The notes beneath the pieces are model-generated. The model made no database searches. It worked only from the letters and a program-made list of their open reading frames with translations, and was not told the DNA's origin. This document shows, piece by piece, positions 22,409-34,226 of a stretch of DNA of 64,000 nucleotides. Numbering within the stretch: the first letter of the stretch is position 1; each line of letters opens with the position of its first letter. Location of the stretch: positions 55,862,001-55,926,000 of the forward strand of contig NC_043013.1 of the NCBI RefSeq assembly GCF_006345805.1. The letters run 5' to 3'. The position numbers and the translations under genes were made by a program. This DNA comes from Octopus sinensis (lineage: Eukaryota).

Positions 22409-23876
22409 TTAGAATATCCGTAACTAGATAGATAGATATAACTTGATTTCTACTAGTATAGCACTGCTTTAAGTAGATAACTAAGAGTTCTCACACTACA
22501 GTTATCTTTTTCCTTATATCTGCATCAGTTTTTTGAGAACAGGGAAATGAATAGTACTTATACGCTGCTTAATTGAGGCTTTATCTAATTTCAAACTCAT
22601 AATCTTTTAAATTCTTAATTTTAAATCTTAATTGTAATTTTTAATTTTAATTCCTAACTTAATCTAATTTAAGTAGCATAACTCTAATAAAATAAAATGA
22701 GATACTATAGCCCCATAATTCTATTTCAAAATTAAATAAATAAGGCTACCCCCTCGGTGATAATATGATTATCTTCATTATGATAGACAATCCCCTAACA
22801 CCTTGTAAATGATCTTCTAAGATTTGACCTGTAGTCCGTCAATGTATGAATAATAACGGCAACTCCTTAAGACAATAAAATGAATAAATTAAATAAGTAA
22901 GTTTTTTTTTTTTTTTTTTTTTGACTTTTTGATAAGATTATACTTAGATTTTCCTAATGTATTTTCTTTTGATTTTAGCATCTGACCCCTAAACCCCTGA
23001 CTGTGTTACCTCTTTAGATTCTCTTTAAATTCATAGCTGATTTCAACAGCAATAAATTAACTGTTTTACTGGCCAAAGAATAATATTCTCCTCTAGTTCC
23101 TAGATGCCTGTAAATTAAAACCAGACTTGCCGTCTACTAATTCTTCTGGATAACTAGAACCCTCTTTTTTATTTTTATTTTTTTCCCTTCTTTCCCTATT
23201 TCTTTCTCTTTTCTCTTTTTTCTGTTTCTTCTTCTTATTCTCTTTTTCCTTTTCTCTTCTCTTTTAGTCCCCTTCCCCTTTTTTTGCTCCCTCCTCCCTT
23301 ATTTTCTCTCTTTTCTTCTATTCCCTTCCCTTTCTATTCTTGCCCTCTCTAGAAAGCCCTTCAGCCTTTATAAGTTAAATAGCTACAGCCTCTTGTAAAT
23401 AGCAGTAATGTGATTAATGTGGCAAATACCTAATCATATAACAAGAATTGATACCTACCTCATTGTGTTCAACCTTTGATAAATTTATCGCCTGTGAATA
23501 TGAAATTCCTCTTCATTTCTCTGGAAACTTACATCTACACCATTGGAAATTGTGCATCTATACAAAGGATTAATTCACCCTCTCTCTAATGCTAATAAGC
23601 AGGAATCGAGACCCACCTCGTTGTGATTAACAATGGATAAATTTGTCTTCTGTGAGTATGTAATCCCTCATCATATCTCTGGAAATGCATATGTGCTCTA
23701 TGGATTAGGTCACCTTCTCTGTGATGCTATTAGAACTTTTTTAAAATTCTGTGATAAGACTGTACATCATCTTTAAAGAACTTTAATGAACTTTGGAAAT
23801 CTGTTTATGTTACTTAATTATCTACATTACTTCATGAGTATAGCCTCAACCACTAGGATGTCTAGAGAACTCACAT

Positions 23877-23972
23877 GTATTTTAGCTGATGAGTACGGGA
23901 CACGTTTATATGCTGTAATTTTTACAACTTTTAATAAAGCCTGTCCTTGTATGAAACGATTGTACTAAAAAC
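23877..23972 (+). ncRNA. Type I hammerhead ribozyme in the PLE 3' pseudo-LTR
   Basis: Stem I TTTTAG(23880-85)/CTAAAA(23965-70); CTGATGA 23886-92; stem II GTACGGGAC/GTCC(T)TGTAT; GAAA 23953-56; stem III AC-gatt-GT; GUA triplet, predicted cut between 23964 and 23965. Confidence 0.8.
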
Positions 23973-24049
23973 CTATCCATTCTTGTTGCTTCTTTCTCGC
24001 GTATATATATATATATATATATATATATGTTTGTGTGTGTGTGTGTGTA

Positions 24050-24140
24050 ATTGTTAAAGAGGACAACAAATGTTAAGGCAAGGCAAACATCTCAAGTCTA
24101 TTGTTATTGGAAAAAATTCAGTCTTACAGCTTTTTCCAAC

Positions 24141-24175
<35 letters not shown>

Positions 24176-24240
24176 TAATAATAATGTATATGACTTCAGA
24201 TATTTGCCTTGCCTTAATGTTTGTTGTCCTCTTTAACAAT
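24050..24240. mobile_element. MITE-like foldback element with about 43-bp TIRs, TA target duplication and internal (AAT)n
   Basis: attgttaaagaggacaacaaatgttaaggcaaggcaaacatct versus reverse complement of right end attgttaaagaggacaacaaacattaaggcaaggcaaatatct; TA at 24048-49 and 24241-42. Confidence 0.8.
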
Positions 24241-24440
24241 TATATATCCGCTATATCGGAAACCTGCAATGGCTCCATAACTACCATCTCGGCTACAACC
24301 TTGGGGCCCTAGTAATCTGTTACAGCACTTACCTAGCATACCTAATCATTTAGAATACCTGTAAACTAAACCACCATATTTTATGTGTGTGTGTTTGTGT
24401 ATATATACGTGTGTGTGTGTATGTGTGTGAGTGAGAGAGA

Positions 24441-24654
24441 GTCTTTGTGACTGTGTTTGTCCTCCATCACTGCTTGACAACTGGTGCTGGTGTTTTCATC
24501 CCCATAACTTAGTGGTTCAGCAAAAGAGACTGATAAAATAAATACCAGGCTTCAAAAAATTTAGTACTGGGGTCAATTTGTTTAAATAAAATTCTGCATA
24601 ATAGTGCCCCAGCATGATCACAGATTAATGACTGAAACAAGTAAAAGATAAATG
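24441..24654 (+). mobile_element. CORE-like tRNA SINE, 3' half
   Basis: gtgtttgtcctccatcactgcttgacaactggtgctgg...ccccagcatgatcacagattaatgactgaaacaagtaaaaga; complements the 5' half at 19722-19881. Confidence 0.75.
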
Positions 24655-24694
<40 letters not shown>

Positions 24695-24720
24695 GAAGAG
24701 GAAGAGAGTATATATGTATT

Positions 24721-24751
<31 letters not shown>

Positions 24752-24799
24752 ATATATATAGAGAGAGGAAGAGGAAGAGACAGAGAGAGAGAGAGAGAG

Positions 24800-24950
24800 T
24801 GGCTGTGTGGTAAGTAGCTTGCTTCCCAATCATATGGCTCTGGTTTTAGTGCGACTGTGTGGTACTTTGGGCAAGTGTCTTCTACTATAGCCTCGGGCCA
24901 ACCAAAGCCTTGTGAGTGGATTTGATAGACGGAAACTGAAAGAAGCCTGT

Positions 24951-24955
<5 letters not shown>
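24800..24955 (+). mobile_element. CORE-like tRNA SINE, 5' half
   Basis: gtggctgtgtggtaagtagcttgcttcccaa...tttgggcaagtgtcttctactatagcctcgggcc...ggaaactgaaagaagcc. Further copies at 25612-25765 (+), 31290-31440 (-), 35855-36010 (-), 51365-51540 (+, decayed). Confidence 0.8.
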
Positions 24956-24995
<40 letters not shown>

Positions 24996-24998
<3 letters not shown>

Positions 24999-25555
24999 GG
25001 TATGTAGAAAAATACAACATGGACAAGAACGTATAACTCATAGAAGACGATACAATAAACATGGACAGGACATTCGAACCCCTCAGTCTTCAGTCAAGAA
25101 CCGGATCATCGTAGTAATTTCGGCTGATTAATCTTGAGATTACTAGATCACGGCCAGCCCTCCAAGAAAAACTAAGCAACGAGCATTAGAAAAACTAAGC
25201 TGGAAGCGTAGATTTCCTGGAAGAAGGATCGAATGCATACGAACACCAGGACAGCAAAAGGGACAGATATAAAAAAAACAAAAAACAATAATGGAATACA
25301 GAAACATGAAATACAGAAGCATTAACGGTGAAAACAACAAGTGTCTTACGACTGATAACAAGCAAACAAATTTTTTCTCTGGCGCATTGGAAAAAGCCTT
25401 TATAGCGGCGGACGAAGAACAATGATGTTAACACGACGAGGGTCAGGAGCTGAAAGGCAGATTTCGGCCGACAGTCACGTGACAGAGAAGAGGGAAAAGA
25501 AAAGAAAGAGAAGCAAAGGAAGAGAGAGAGAGAAAAGGGGGACAAAACGCAACAA

Positions 25556-25557
<2 letters not shown>
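24996..25557. repeat. Unclassified 560-bp (TA)n-embedded interspersed repeat
   Basis: Complex, CpG-containing block bounded sharply by long (TA)n runs on both sides; no credible ORF. Confidence 0.45.
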
Positions 25558-25611
<54 letters not shown>

Positions 25612-26123
25612 GCACAGGCATGGTAAGGTGCTTCTTTCTCAAACACACAGTTCGGGGTTCAGTCCCACCTCATGGCATCTTGGGCAAGTGTCTTCTACTA
25701 TAGCCTCAGGCCAACCAAAGCCTTGTAAGTGGATTTGGTAGATGAAAACTGAAAGAAGCCTGTTTTATGTGTGTGTGTGTGTGTGTGTGTGTATTTATAT
25801 ACATCAATCCTGGTAGGGTATATGGCTACAAAATTTCCAGAGAAGCATTTGGCGTGAATTCTGGGGGATTAATACTGATGGAATTCTTCAAGTGTAGAAA
25901 ATTCTGGTTTCACAATGGCCACAGCATAATGTCGGTTTACCAAAGAGTAAATTATGATCCAAAAATAATAATAAGACAAAGAAATTATTTGGCACAAAGA
26001 TTTGTTCTATATATATGAAGGAGTTTTGGTGAAGCATTGTGTCATTTGTTGTGTAAGGCCAGAACAATGTAAAAGGGTAGTTTTCTGCGTAGTGTCGTAT
26101 GTTGTTTTGGCCTTACATTACAA

Positions 26124-29100
26124 ATCATCGTCATCATCATCATTTAACGTCCGTTCTCCATGCTAGCATGGGTTCGACCGGGTATCTAGGAAACCAGAAG
26201 GCTGCACCAGGCTCCAGTCTGATCTGGCAGATTTTCTACAGCTGGATGCCCTTCCTAACGCCAACCACTCCGTGAGTGTAGTGGGTGCTTTTTACGTGCC
26301 ACCTGCACAGGTGCCAGGTGAGGCTGGCAATGGTCACAATCGGATTGGTGCATTTTATGTGCCACTGGCACAGAAGCCAGTCAAGGTGGCGCTGGCATCA
26401 TCCACGATTTGGATGGTGCATTTTACGTGCCACCGGCACGAAAGCCAGTCTAGGCGGTGCTGGCATCAGCCACGTTCAGATGGTGCTTTTTACGTGCCAC
26501 CGGCACAGGGATCACAACTGCAGTTTCCATTGATTTTGATGTTGGTGTACTTGACTCAATGGATCTCCTCAAGCACAGGGTCAAAATGGTGTTTCTTCAC
26601 TTGCCACCTGCACAGGAGTTAGTCCAGCGTTCCTGGCAACTGCCGGGTGCCAGTCATAGGATTGGTTCGATTTCAATTCCGATTTTGATTTCACTTGCCC
26701 CAACAGGTCTTCGCAAGCAGAGTTTAATGTCCAATGAAGGGAGGTTGGCATGGGTGCCTGTCGTCGGATGAGGTTCGATTTCGACTTCGCTTGCCTCAAC
26801 AGGTCTTTGTGTGTCCAAGGGAGGAAAGACATGCATAAGTAGGCTGGACTCACTTGTCATGCCGGGTCTTCTCACGCACAGCATATTTCCAAAGGTCTCG
26901 GTCACTAGTCATTGTCTTGGTGAGGCCTAAAGTTCAAAGGTCGTGCTTCACCACCTCGTCCCAGGTTTTCCTGGGTCTACCTCTTCAACGGGTTCCCTCA
27001 ACTGCTAGGGATTGGCACTTTTTCACACACCTATCTTCATCCATTCTCTCCACATGACCATACCAGCGCAGCCATCTCTCTTGCACACCACAGCTGATGC
27101 TTCTTAGATCCAACATTTCTCTCGAGGTACTAACACTCTCTCAAGTATGCACACTGACATTACACATCCATCGGAGCATACTGGCTTCATTCCTCATGAG
27201 CTTACACATGTCCTCAGCAGTCACGGCCCATGTTTCACTGCCATGTAGCATTTTTGTTCGTACACATGCATCATACAGTCTGCCTTTTGCTCTGAGCGAG
27301 AGGCCTTTTGTCACCAGCAGAGGTAAGTGCTCCCTGAACTTTGCCCAGGCTATTCTTACTCTAGCAGTTACACTTTCAGCACACCCACCCCCACTACTGA
27401 CTTGGTCACCTAGATAACGGAAGCTATCAACTACTTCTAGTTTTTCCCCCTGGAAAGTGACGGAAGTTGTTTTCTGCAGATTTTCAGTGTTTATTGCTCC
27501 TGAGCATCTGCCACATACAAAAACTATATTCCCAGTTAGCCTTCTTTTGACATTGCTGCACCTCTTATGTGTCCATAGCTTACACTGGGTACATCTTATA
27601 GAGTTTCTACCTATGCCTTTACTACAGATTGAGTCGGGCCATCTACCTGAAGGCATTTGTGGTTTGTCTACCTTCCCACTTATTAGGACTTCGGTTTTAG
27701 CTAGGTTGACTCTAAGGCCCTTCGATTCTAATCCCTCCTTCCACACCTGAAAGTTCTCCTCCAGTTCTGATAGTGACTCAGCAATTAGAGCAAGGTCGTC
27801 AGCATAGAGGAGCTCCCAGGGGCATCCTGTCTTGAATTCCTCTGTAATTGCCTGGAGGACTATGATAAATAGGAGGGGGCTGAGGACTGAACCTTGGTGT
27901 ACCCCAAACTCTACCTTGAATTCTTCAGTGTACACGTTGCCAACCCTAACCTTACTTACAGCATCCCTGTACATGGCTTGCACAGCTCTCACCAGCCATT
28001 CATCTATCCCTTGTTTCCTCATTGGCCACCAGATAAGGGATCGGGGGACCCTGTCGAAGGCTTTCTCCATGTCAAAGAAAGCCAGGTACAGGGGCTTATC
28101 TTTGGCTAGGTATTTCTCCTGCAGCTGTCTCACCAGAAATATGGCATCAGTGGTGCTTTTCCCTGGCACGAAACCAAACTGCATCTCATCCAAACTGACT
28201 CTCTTCCTAATTAGTTGGGCTATGACCCTCTCCGTGACCTTCATTACCTGATCCAATGGCTTGATACCTCTGTAATTATTTGTATCTAGGGCGTCACCTT
28301 TACCTTTGTAGCAGTTGACTATTATGCTGCTGCACCAGTCATTGGGTATGACTCCTTCGTGTATCACCTGGTTAACTATACGAGTGGCTAGGCTATAGCT
28401 GACACTACCAGATATTTTGAGCATCTCTGCAGTAATTCCTGATGGGTCTGGGGCTTTCCCTGTCTTCATGCTTCTAATTACCTTAACTACCAAAGAACTG
28501 TCAACTCGGATAGCTGGTCCCTCTGTTGGGTTGACATTTGGCAGACTCTCTTTATCCCATTCATTTTCTTTATTCAGCAACCTTTCATAGTGGCGTCTCC
28601 AAACCTCTCTCTTTGCATCCTCATTTAGCGCAAGTGAACCATCTTCCATGCGAACACATTTCTCTCCTACCACATCACGATTCTCTCTCACACACTGTCT
28701 TGCAACACAAAATACCTCAAGTCTTTGGTCCTCACGGTGCAGAACATTGGCAAATTTTTCTTTATCTGCTTCCCCTCTGGCTAAATAAACCTGTCTTCTA
28801 GCTTCCCTTCAGGCAGTCTGATACAGTTCCCTGCTACCTCCGTTTTTCCAGTCCTTCCAACTCTGTTTCTTTTGTCTAATAGCCTTATCAACCACATTGT
28901 TCCACGGCCATGTTACCTTGGTTCGAGAAGGTACTTTGTACCAGCCACAGATCTGGTCAGTGGCTCTTAGCAGGTTGTCCCGTAGAAACCTCCAGTTGTC
29001 TTCCACATTATCTGATGCTATATCTCCTTCTATTTCATCAAAGGCTTCAAGTAATACGTTTCTAAATCTCTGCCCATTTGCAGGATCTTTAAGTTTCCAG

Positions 29101-29762
29101 ACCCTTCTCTTCCAAGCTGGTCTTCTTCTGGGCATCCGTTCAGCCCCGATCCTGAAGTCGCTAACTACTAATCTATGTTGAGGGGTACATTCTTCCCCTG
29201 AGAAGGTTTTGGCATTTATAAGCAACCCTCTTTCCCTTTTTCTGGCAAGGATGTAGTCCATTTGGCTGGTGTGTCTACCAGAACGATAGGTGACTAGGTG
29301 ACAGGTGGGTTTCCTGAAGTTGGTATTGCAAACCATAAGATCATTTGCATTGCAACTCCAGCAGTCTGGTTCCCTCCTCATTGCGGGAACCAAAACCATA
29401 GTCTCCATGTATGCCATGGAAGCCCCATGCACGTTGTCCAACATGTCCATTGAAATCACCAGCCACAAAGAGAAGGTCTCTGTCGTTCGTCGAAGAGGTA
29501 GTCTGCAATAGGGTGTCATAGAGTCGGTCTTTCTGCCCCTCCAGTAGCCCCGGCTGAGGGGCATAGGCCGAGATAATGGTAGCTGACCTATGGTGAAGCG
29601 CTAATCTAATCTTAAGTATTCTGTCACATACTCTGACTACCTCGATTACCTTATCAACCCATTTCTCCGCAAGAAGTATACCCACGCCCCCGACCCCGTC
29701 AGTGTTCCCTGCTCAGAAAATCTTGTATCTGTGTTCTTTGCCTGTGAGGAACCTAGCGAAAA
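26124..29762 (-). mobile_element. RTE-clade LINE, about 3.6 kb, longest copy (most of APE + RT + 3'UTR), with stops and frameshifts
   Basis: ORFs 29341-29685 (SAYAPQ, GDFNGHVG), 28809-29564 (SQMDYIL, PQHRLVVSDF) and 27141-28691 (516 aa RT, LLYADD). The 5' edge reads ARFLTGKEHRYKIF*AGNTDGVGGVGILL; (CAT)n at about 26124-26143. Confidence 0.95.
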
Positions 29763-31059
29763 TCTCTTTAAAATGTATACATGCATGCATGTATGTATAT
29801 TAAGTACTTGAGAGTTGTAAGTATAGTACCAATGATTTCATGCAAATCATATTTGCAATTATTCCACCACTGTTTGAACTAGACTTTTAATTCAGCCATG
29901 TTTGTTAGACTGAATACATTCAGCATAATAAACTGAGGTTGAATACAAATTTGATGCGCATGAAACCATAGGTAGAGTACTAACAGAACTCAACCATTAA
30001 AGGAATCAAAGCAATTATTCATCCTTCATTGCTGTGTTCTTAATTCACTGTCTTTTCCACTGCTTAAATATGGAAAGGAAATTACTCTTATCAGTTGTAG
30101 TCATATCATTCTGGAATTGAAATTGCTATTTTCAGTTGTAGATACATTATTCTACTCTGAAATTACTATTATCAATATTTAATACAGAGAAATTAGTTGG
30201 GTTGAGATTACTACCCAACATGATGACAAACAGCTTTCCTCTCCAATAAAATTATTTGGTGCAGTACATAGAGGAAACTATTAATAAATGATTTTAGAAA
30301 AGATCAGAAAGTAGATATGACATTCCCTGTTGCGTATGTGAAGGGATTTTGGTAAACATTGAATTCTTGGATTCAGAAACTACTATAAATGGCCAACAAG
30401 AATTCCACCGTGTAATTGCTCTATATGCTAGATATAGCAGCCAAATCTCTCTCAAATGCATCCTTTGAAAGAAGAGATATATTGGATGGTGTAGTCACAG
30501 ATGTGCAACAGCCAAGGGAAAGAGAATGGTTGGAAGATATTTGATTACAGCACTGTTTAGTCACAGTTGATCTAGGTGTTGAATAACAACAATAATCTCC
30601 AACAAGGGAGCAGCTAATGTGACACATTGTATAAAGTGGTCTACGGTTGTACTCTTCCTTAACTGAAGATGAAAGGATCAGAGGTTCAATCCTGCTGGGT
30701 ACACATTTGCTCAATCAAGAGTGTCTGCCAAGCAACATCAAAAACAATGATTGCTACTGCCGCCACCACCACCACCACCACCACTACCAACAACAACAAC
30801 AACAACCAGCACCACATCAAATAAGGGAGACTCTAAACAGTTGATAGGTCTGCTAGAAATAGCAGCCAAATATTCCTTAAATCACACCATTTCTGTTTTA
30901 AAAAATAGAAGACACAATGTTTCACATAAACGATAAAAATAGAATGGTCAAAAATTTCCAGCCACACTCGTAGAACTCCAGGTTCACTCCCACTATAGGG
31001 CGTTTTGGATATATTCTTTCACCATAGCTTTTGGTCAATAAAACCTTGTGAGTGCTGCA

Positions 31060-31190
31060 AGAGAGAAGACTGCACTGGTATGATCATGTAAGGCATATGA
31101 GCAAAGGCATTTACATCAAGAGGTGCCAATCTCAAATAGTGGAGGGAACTTGTAGGAAGAAGTTATCCTTAGACAAAGGACCTAGTCCAA
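31060..31190 (+). mobile_element. Old RTE ORF-end fragment
   Basis: ERRLHWYDHVRHM...KRCQSQIVEGTCRK resembles ERRLRWYGHVLRM...KKCHSQTVEG of the other copies. Confidence 0.55.
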
Positions 31191-33666
31191 ATACCCGTAG
31201 CAGTGGGTGGAGGTCCTTTAAATAGGCACACACTGACCATGTGGTGGTGTTAAACTGGGAGTTGTATCAAATTTAATGCTCAAAGACAGGACATGGTTTC
31301 ACCAGTAGACATTTCAACCATTTCTTTCCACCGAATCTTCCACTAAACTTTGACTTGAGACAGAATGTAGAAGACACTTGCCTAATGTGTCATGCAAAGA
31401 AATTTAGCACAAAACCATGTAGACATAAATCAAAATTTTTAATAGCACAGCCATCCATGCCTTCCCCCTCGGAATTTCCCAATCTTGACATGAAAGATTG
31501 CACTCATAAACATGAAAAACAAGAATAAAATAAATTTATTCCTTGAAAGATACTTGTATTGCCCACCCCACCCTACCCCACCCAACTAAAAACATTTATA
31601 TGCTATTTCTGAAAATATTGCTGTCCATTATGGACTGGAATATACCCTTACAGAACGGCAGGAGGAGGTAGACATGATTGGATTCAATGGACCACTTGAA
31701 GCAATCAGGCAGAATCTATGATTTATTATATTTTATGACATTTTATAATTGGGAAAATATTAAAGAATACTCGAACACATCTAGAGTTTGGTTGACGGAA
31801 TTTAACATGAAACATTAATCAGCCTTATCATAAACTTTAACTTGATTTCTAGTTTGCATTTAATCATTATTATTAATTTTATTATTAATTTTTCTTATTT
31901 GAAAATGTTCATGTTGAATACGAAATGTAGCTGCCAATCTGAGATCAGCAAAATATAAAAACAAAGCTATGATTGAATAAATCATTTGTTCAGAATATAT
32001 AAGTGTTGTTATTCTTTTTGCTGTAAAATAAATATGTAAAAAAATATTTTATTCTTTTTATTTTTGGCATTTTACTTCCCAAGAATAAAAAGTATCATTT
32101 GAAAATAGCATAAGCTACAAACTTAGGCTTTGTAAAAGCTATTATAGGAACAGACTGTTCTGTTTGTTTATTTTGTATATTTTCTGAGAGTTTTTTTCCC
32201 ATTCCCAATTCATTCTATTATGTAACACACTACAGGCAATATCAATTAATTCTCTGTATTTCTAGCCTTGCTTCAAACCCACAGTATTGTTTTAATGTAA
32301 GACAAGATATATTTTCAAGCATACAAATCTATAATGTAAATATATTCAAACTAAAGATACATTTAAAATTGTCACTTAAGAAAGGGAAATTTTCAATTCG
32401 TAGATCTCATCCTTAGAAAATTAAATTTAAAGATTATAACCATCAATATTTTTTGAGATTCAAACATTTTTTAGGATTTCTTTTCTTTTATTTCTCTCTT
32501 TTTTTCACTTTGTTTTTGCCTCTGGCATTGATTTTCATGACACTGAAATAACTTTACTGCAGTGGAAAATGAAAGAAAAAAACAAGATATTTCAATATTC
32601 TCAATGAAGCTAAATATCTTCAAGGTAGAAAATATGCGAAAATCCTGTGAAATATTCTATGATTGGTGAATAATTTTATTCATGAGACAATCATTAGATT
32701 TGATGACATTCAAAAATGATAGTAATGGAGGGAAGAAGCAAATCAGAAACAAAACATCGGATGGGAATAATCCTCAAAATTTATTTATTTTATTTACTTA
32801 TTTGTTTGTTTGTTTATTAATCAATGGAATAGTTGAAGGGTGGGGTGGGGGGAAATACTGAGACAAAATTCATTCAAATCTTTGCATTGAAAATAGTAAA
32901 ATAGATTATTAATATGACGAATTCATTGAAAATTGCAATTTTACACATTAATGACAATTTATCAGAATGAACATACTTTAACGAGCAGTTTATTATCAAG
33001 ATGTCTGAAAACTAAACCCACAAAAAATATGCAATTTTTTATGCATTTATCATAAAACAGGAAAATAAACTATTGTGTACAAATAATGACAGACAACAAA
33101 ATTTTACTAATCTTTTAAAAAGACAAAAAACAAGACATTGCTTTATAACAATTAATGCCAAAAAACAAGAAGATTTATATTTTTAATTAATTCATTAAGA
33201 ATTTTGATATGCTAATGATTTAGGGAAGCTTCATTAAAAAACATTATCTATTATAGGAATTAAAAGCCAGCTCAGAATTAAAAATATGACATGAAATATG
33301 AATTAATATCGGTTTTATATTTTATCCTAAGTACGAAGATGATGCTGGAGTTTGGAATTATCATTGAGTTTCAGTCTCAAAACTGGAATTAATTAGTTTC
33401 ACATGTTAGAATTTTACATTTTCAAAGGTTATTATGTTCCTCATTTATCATATGTATATATATAAATATATATAAATATACACACCCACCCACACACATA
33501 TACATACATATCAGTGTGTGTGTGTGTATACACACATATACATATACATATATACATATATGTGTACATATATACATGTATGTGTACACATATAAATATA
33601 TGCATATGTATATTCAGCATCCATATACATTTTTATCTGTTGTTTATTTACAATGCATTTTTTCAA

Positions 33667-34226
33667 CAGATTCCATCACACTCCAGGGTGAGAAACTAGA
33701 AGTAGTTGATAGCTTCTGCTACCTAGGTGACCAAGTTAGTAGTGGGGGTGGATGCGCAAAGTTTAGAAGAGGCCATGACAAAAGACCGAGACCTCTGGAG
33801 ATATGCTTTGCCTGTGAAAACCCGACAAATGAAGTGAGTCCATGGCTCACAAGACGGCCTGCTGTGCTTACTTTGGCTCGTAGGGCAACCAGCTGTGCTT
33901 GAGGAGACCTATTGAGTCAAGTACATCAGCATCAAAATAAAAATCAAATGGAAATTGTAGTTGTGATACCCGTGCCGGTAGCATGTAAAAAGCACCATCT
34001 GAACATGGCCGATGTCAGCCTTGACTAGTATCTATGCCGGTGGCACATAAAGAAACATCAACCGATCATGGCCTTTTCCAGCCCTCCTCTGGCCCCTGTG
34101 CTGGTGGCATGTAAAAAGAATCTACTACACTCAAAGAGTGTTTGGCGTTAGGAAGGGCATCCAGCTGTAGAAACATTGCCAAATCAGACTGGAGCCTGCT
34201 GCAGCCTCCTGGCTTCCCAGACCCAA
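33667..34226 (+). mobile_element. Internally deleted RTE fragment plus 3'UTR
   Basis: DSITLQGEKLEVVDSFCYLGDQVSSGGGCA joins directly to the ORF end (gaggccatgacaaaagaccgagacctctgg), followed by 3'UTR. Confidence 0.8.

Larger units (their letters stand above)
19902..24000 (+). mobile_element. Penelope-like retroelement (C-terminal GIY-YIG type), 5'-truncated with inverted pseudo-LTR copy, inserted in (TA)n
   Basis: RT + GIY-YIG ORF; 20022-20147 is the exact reverse complement of 23875-24000; (TA)n on both flanks. Confidence 0.9.

Noticed and set aside
25064-25098. Minus-strand CTGAAGA...CGAAT-GTC hammerhead-like motif
   Set aside because: GAAA is GAAT, stem II does not pair and stem I does not close.
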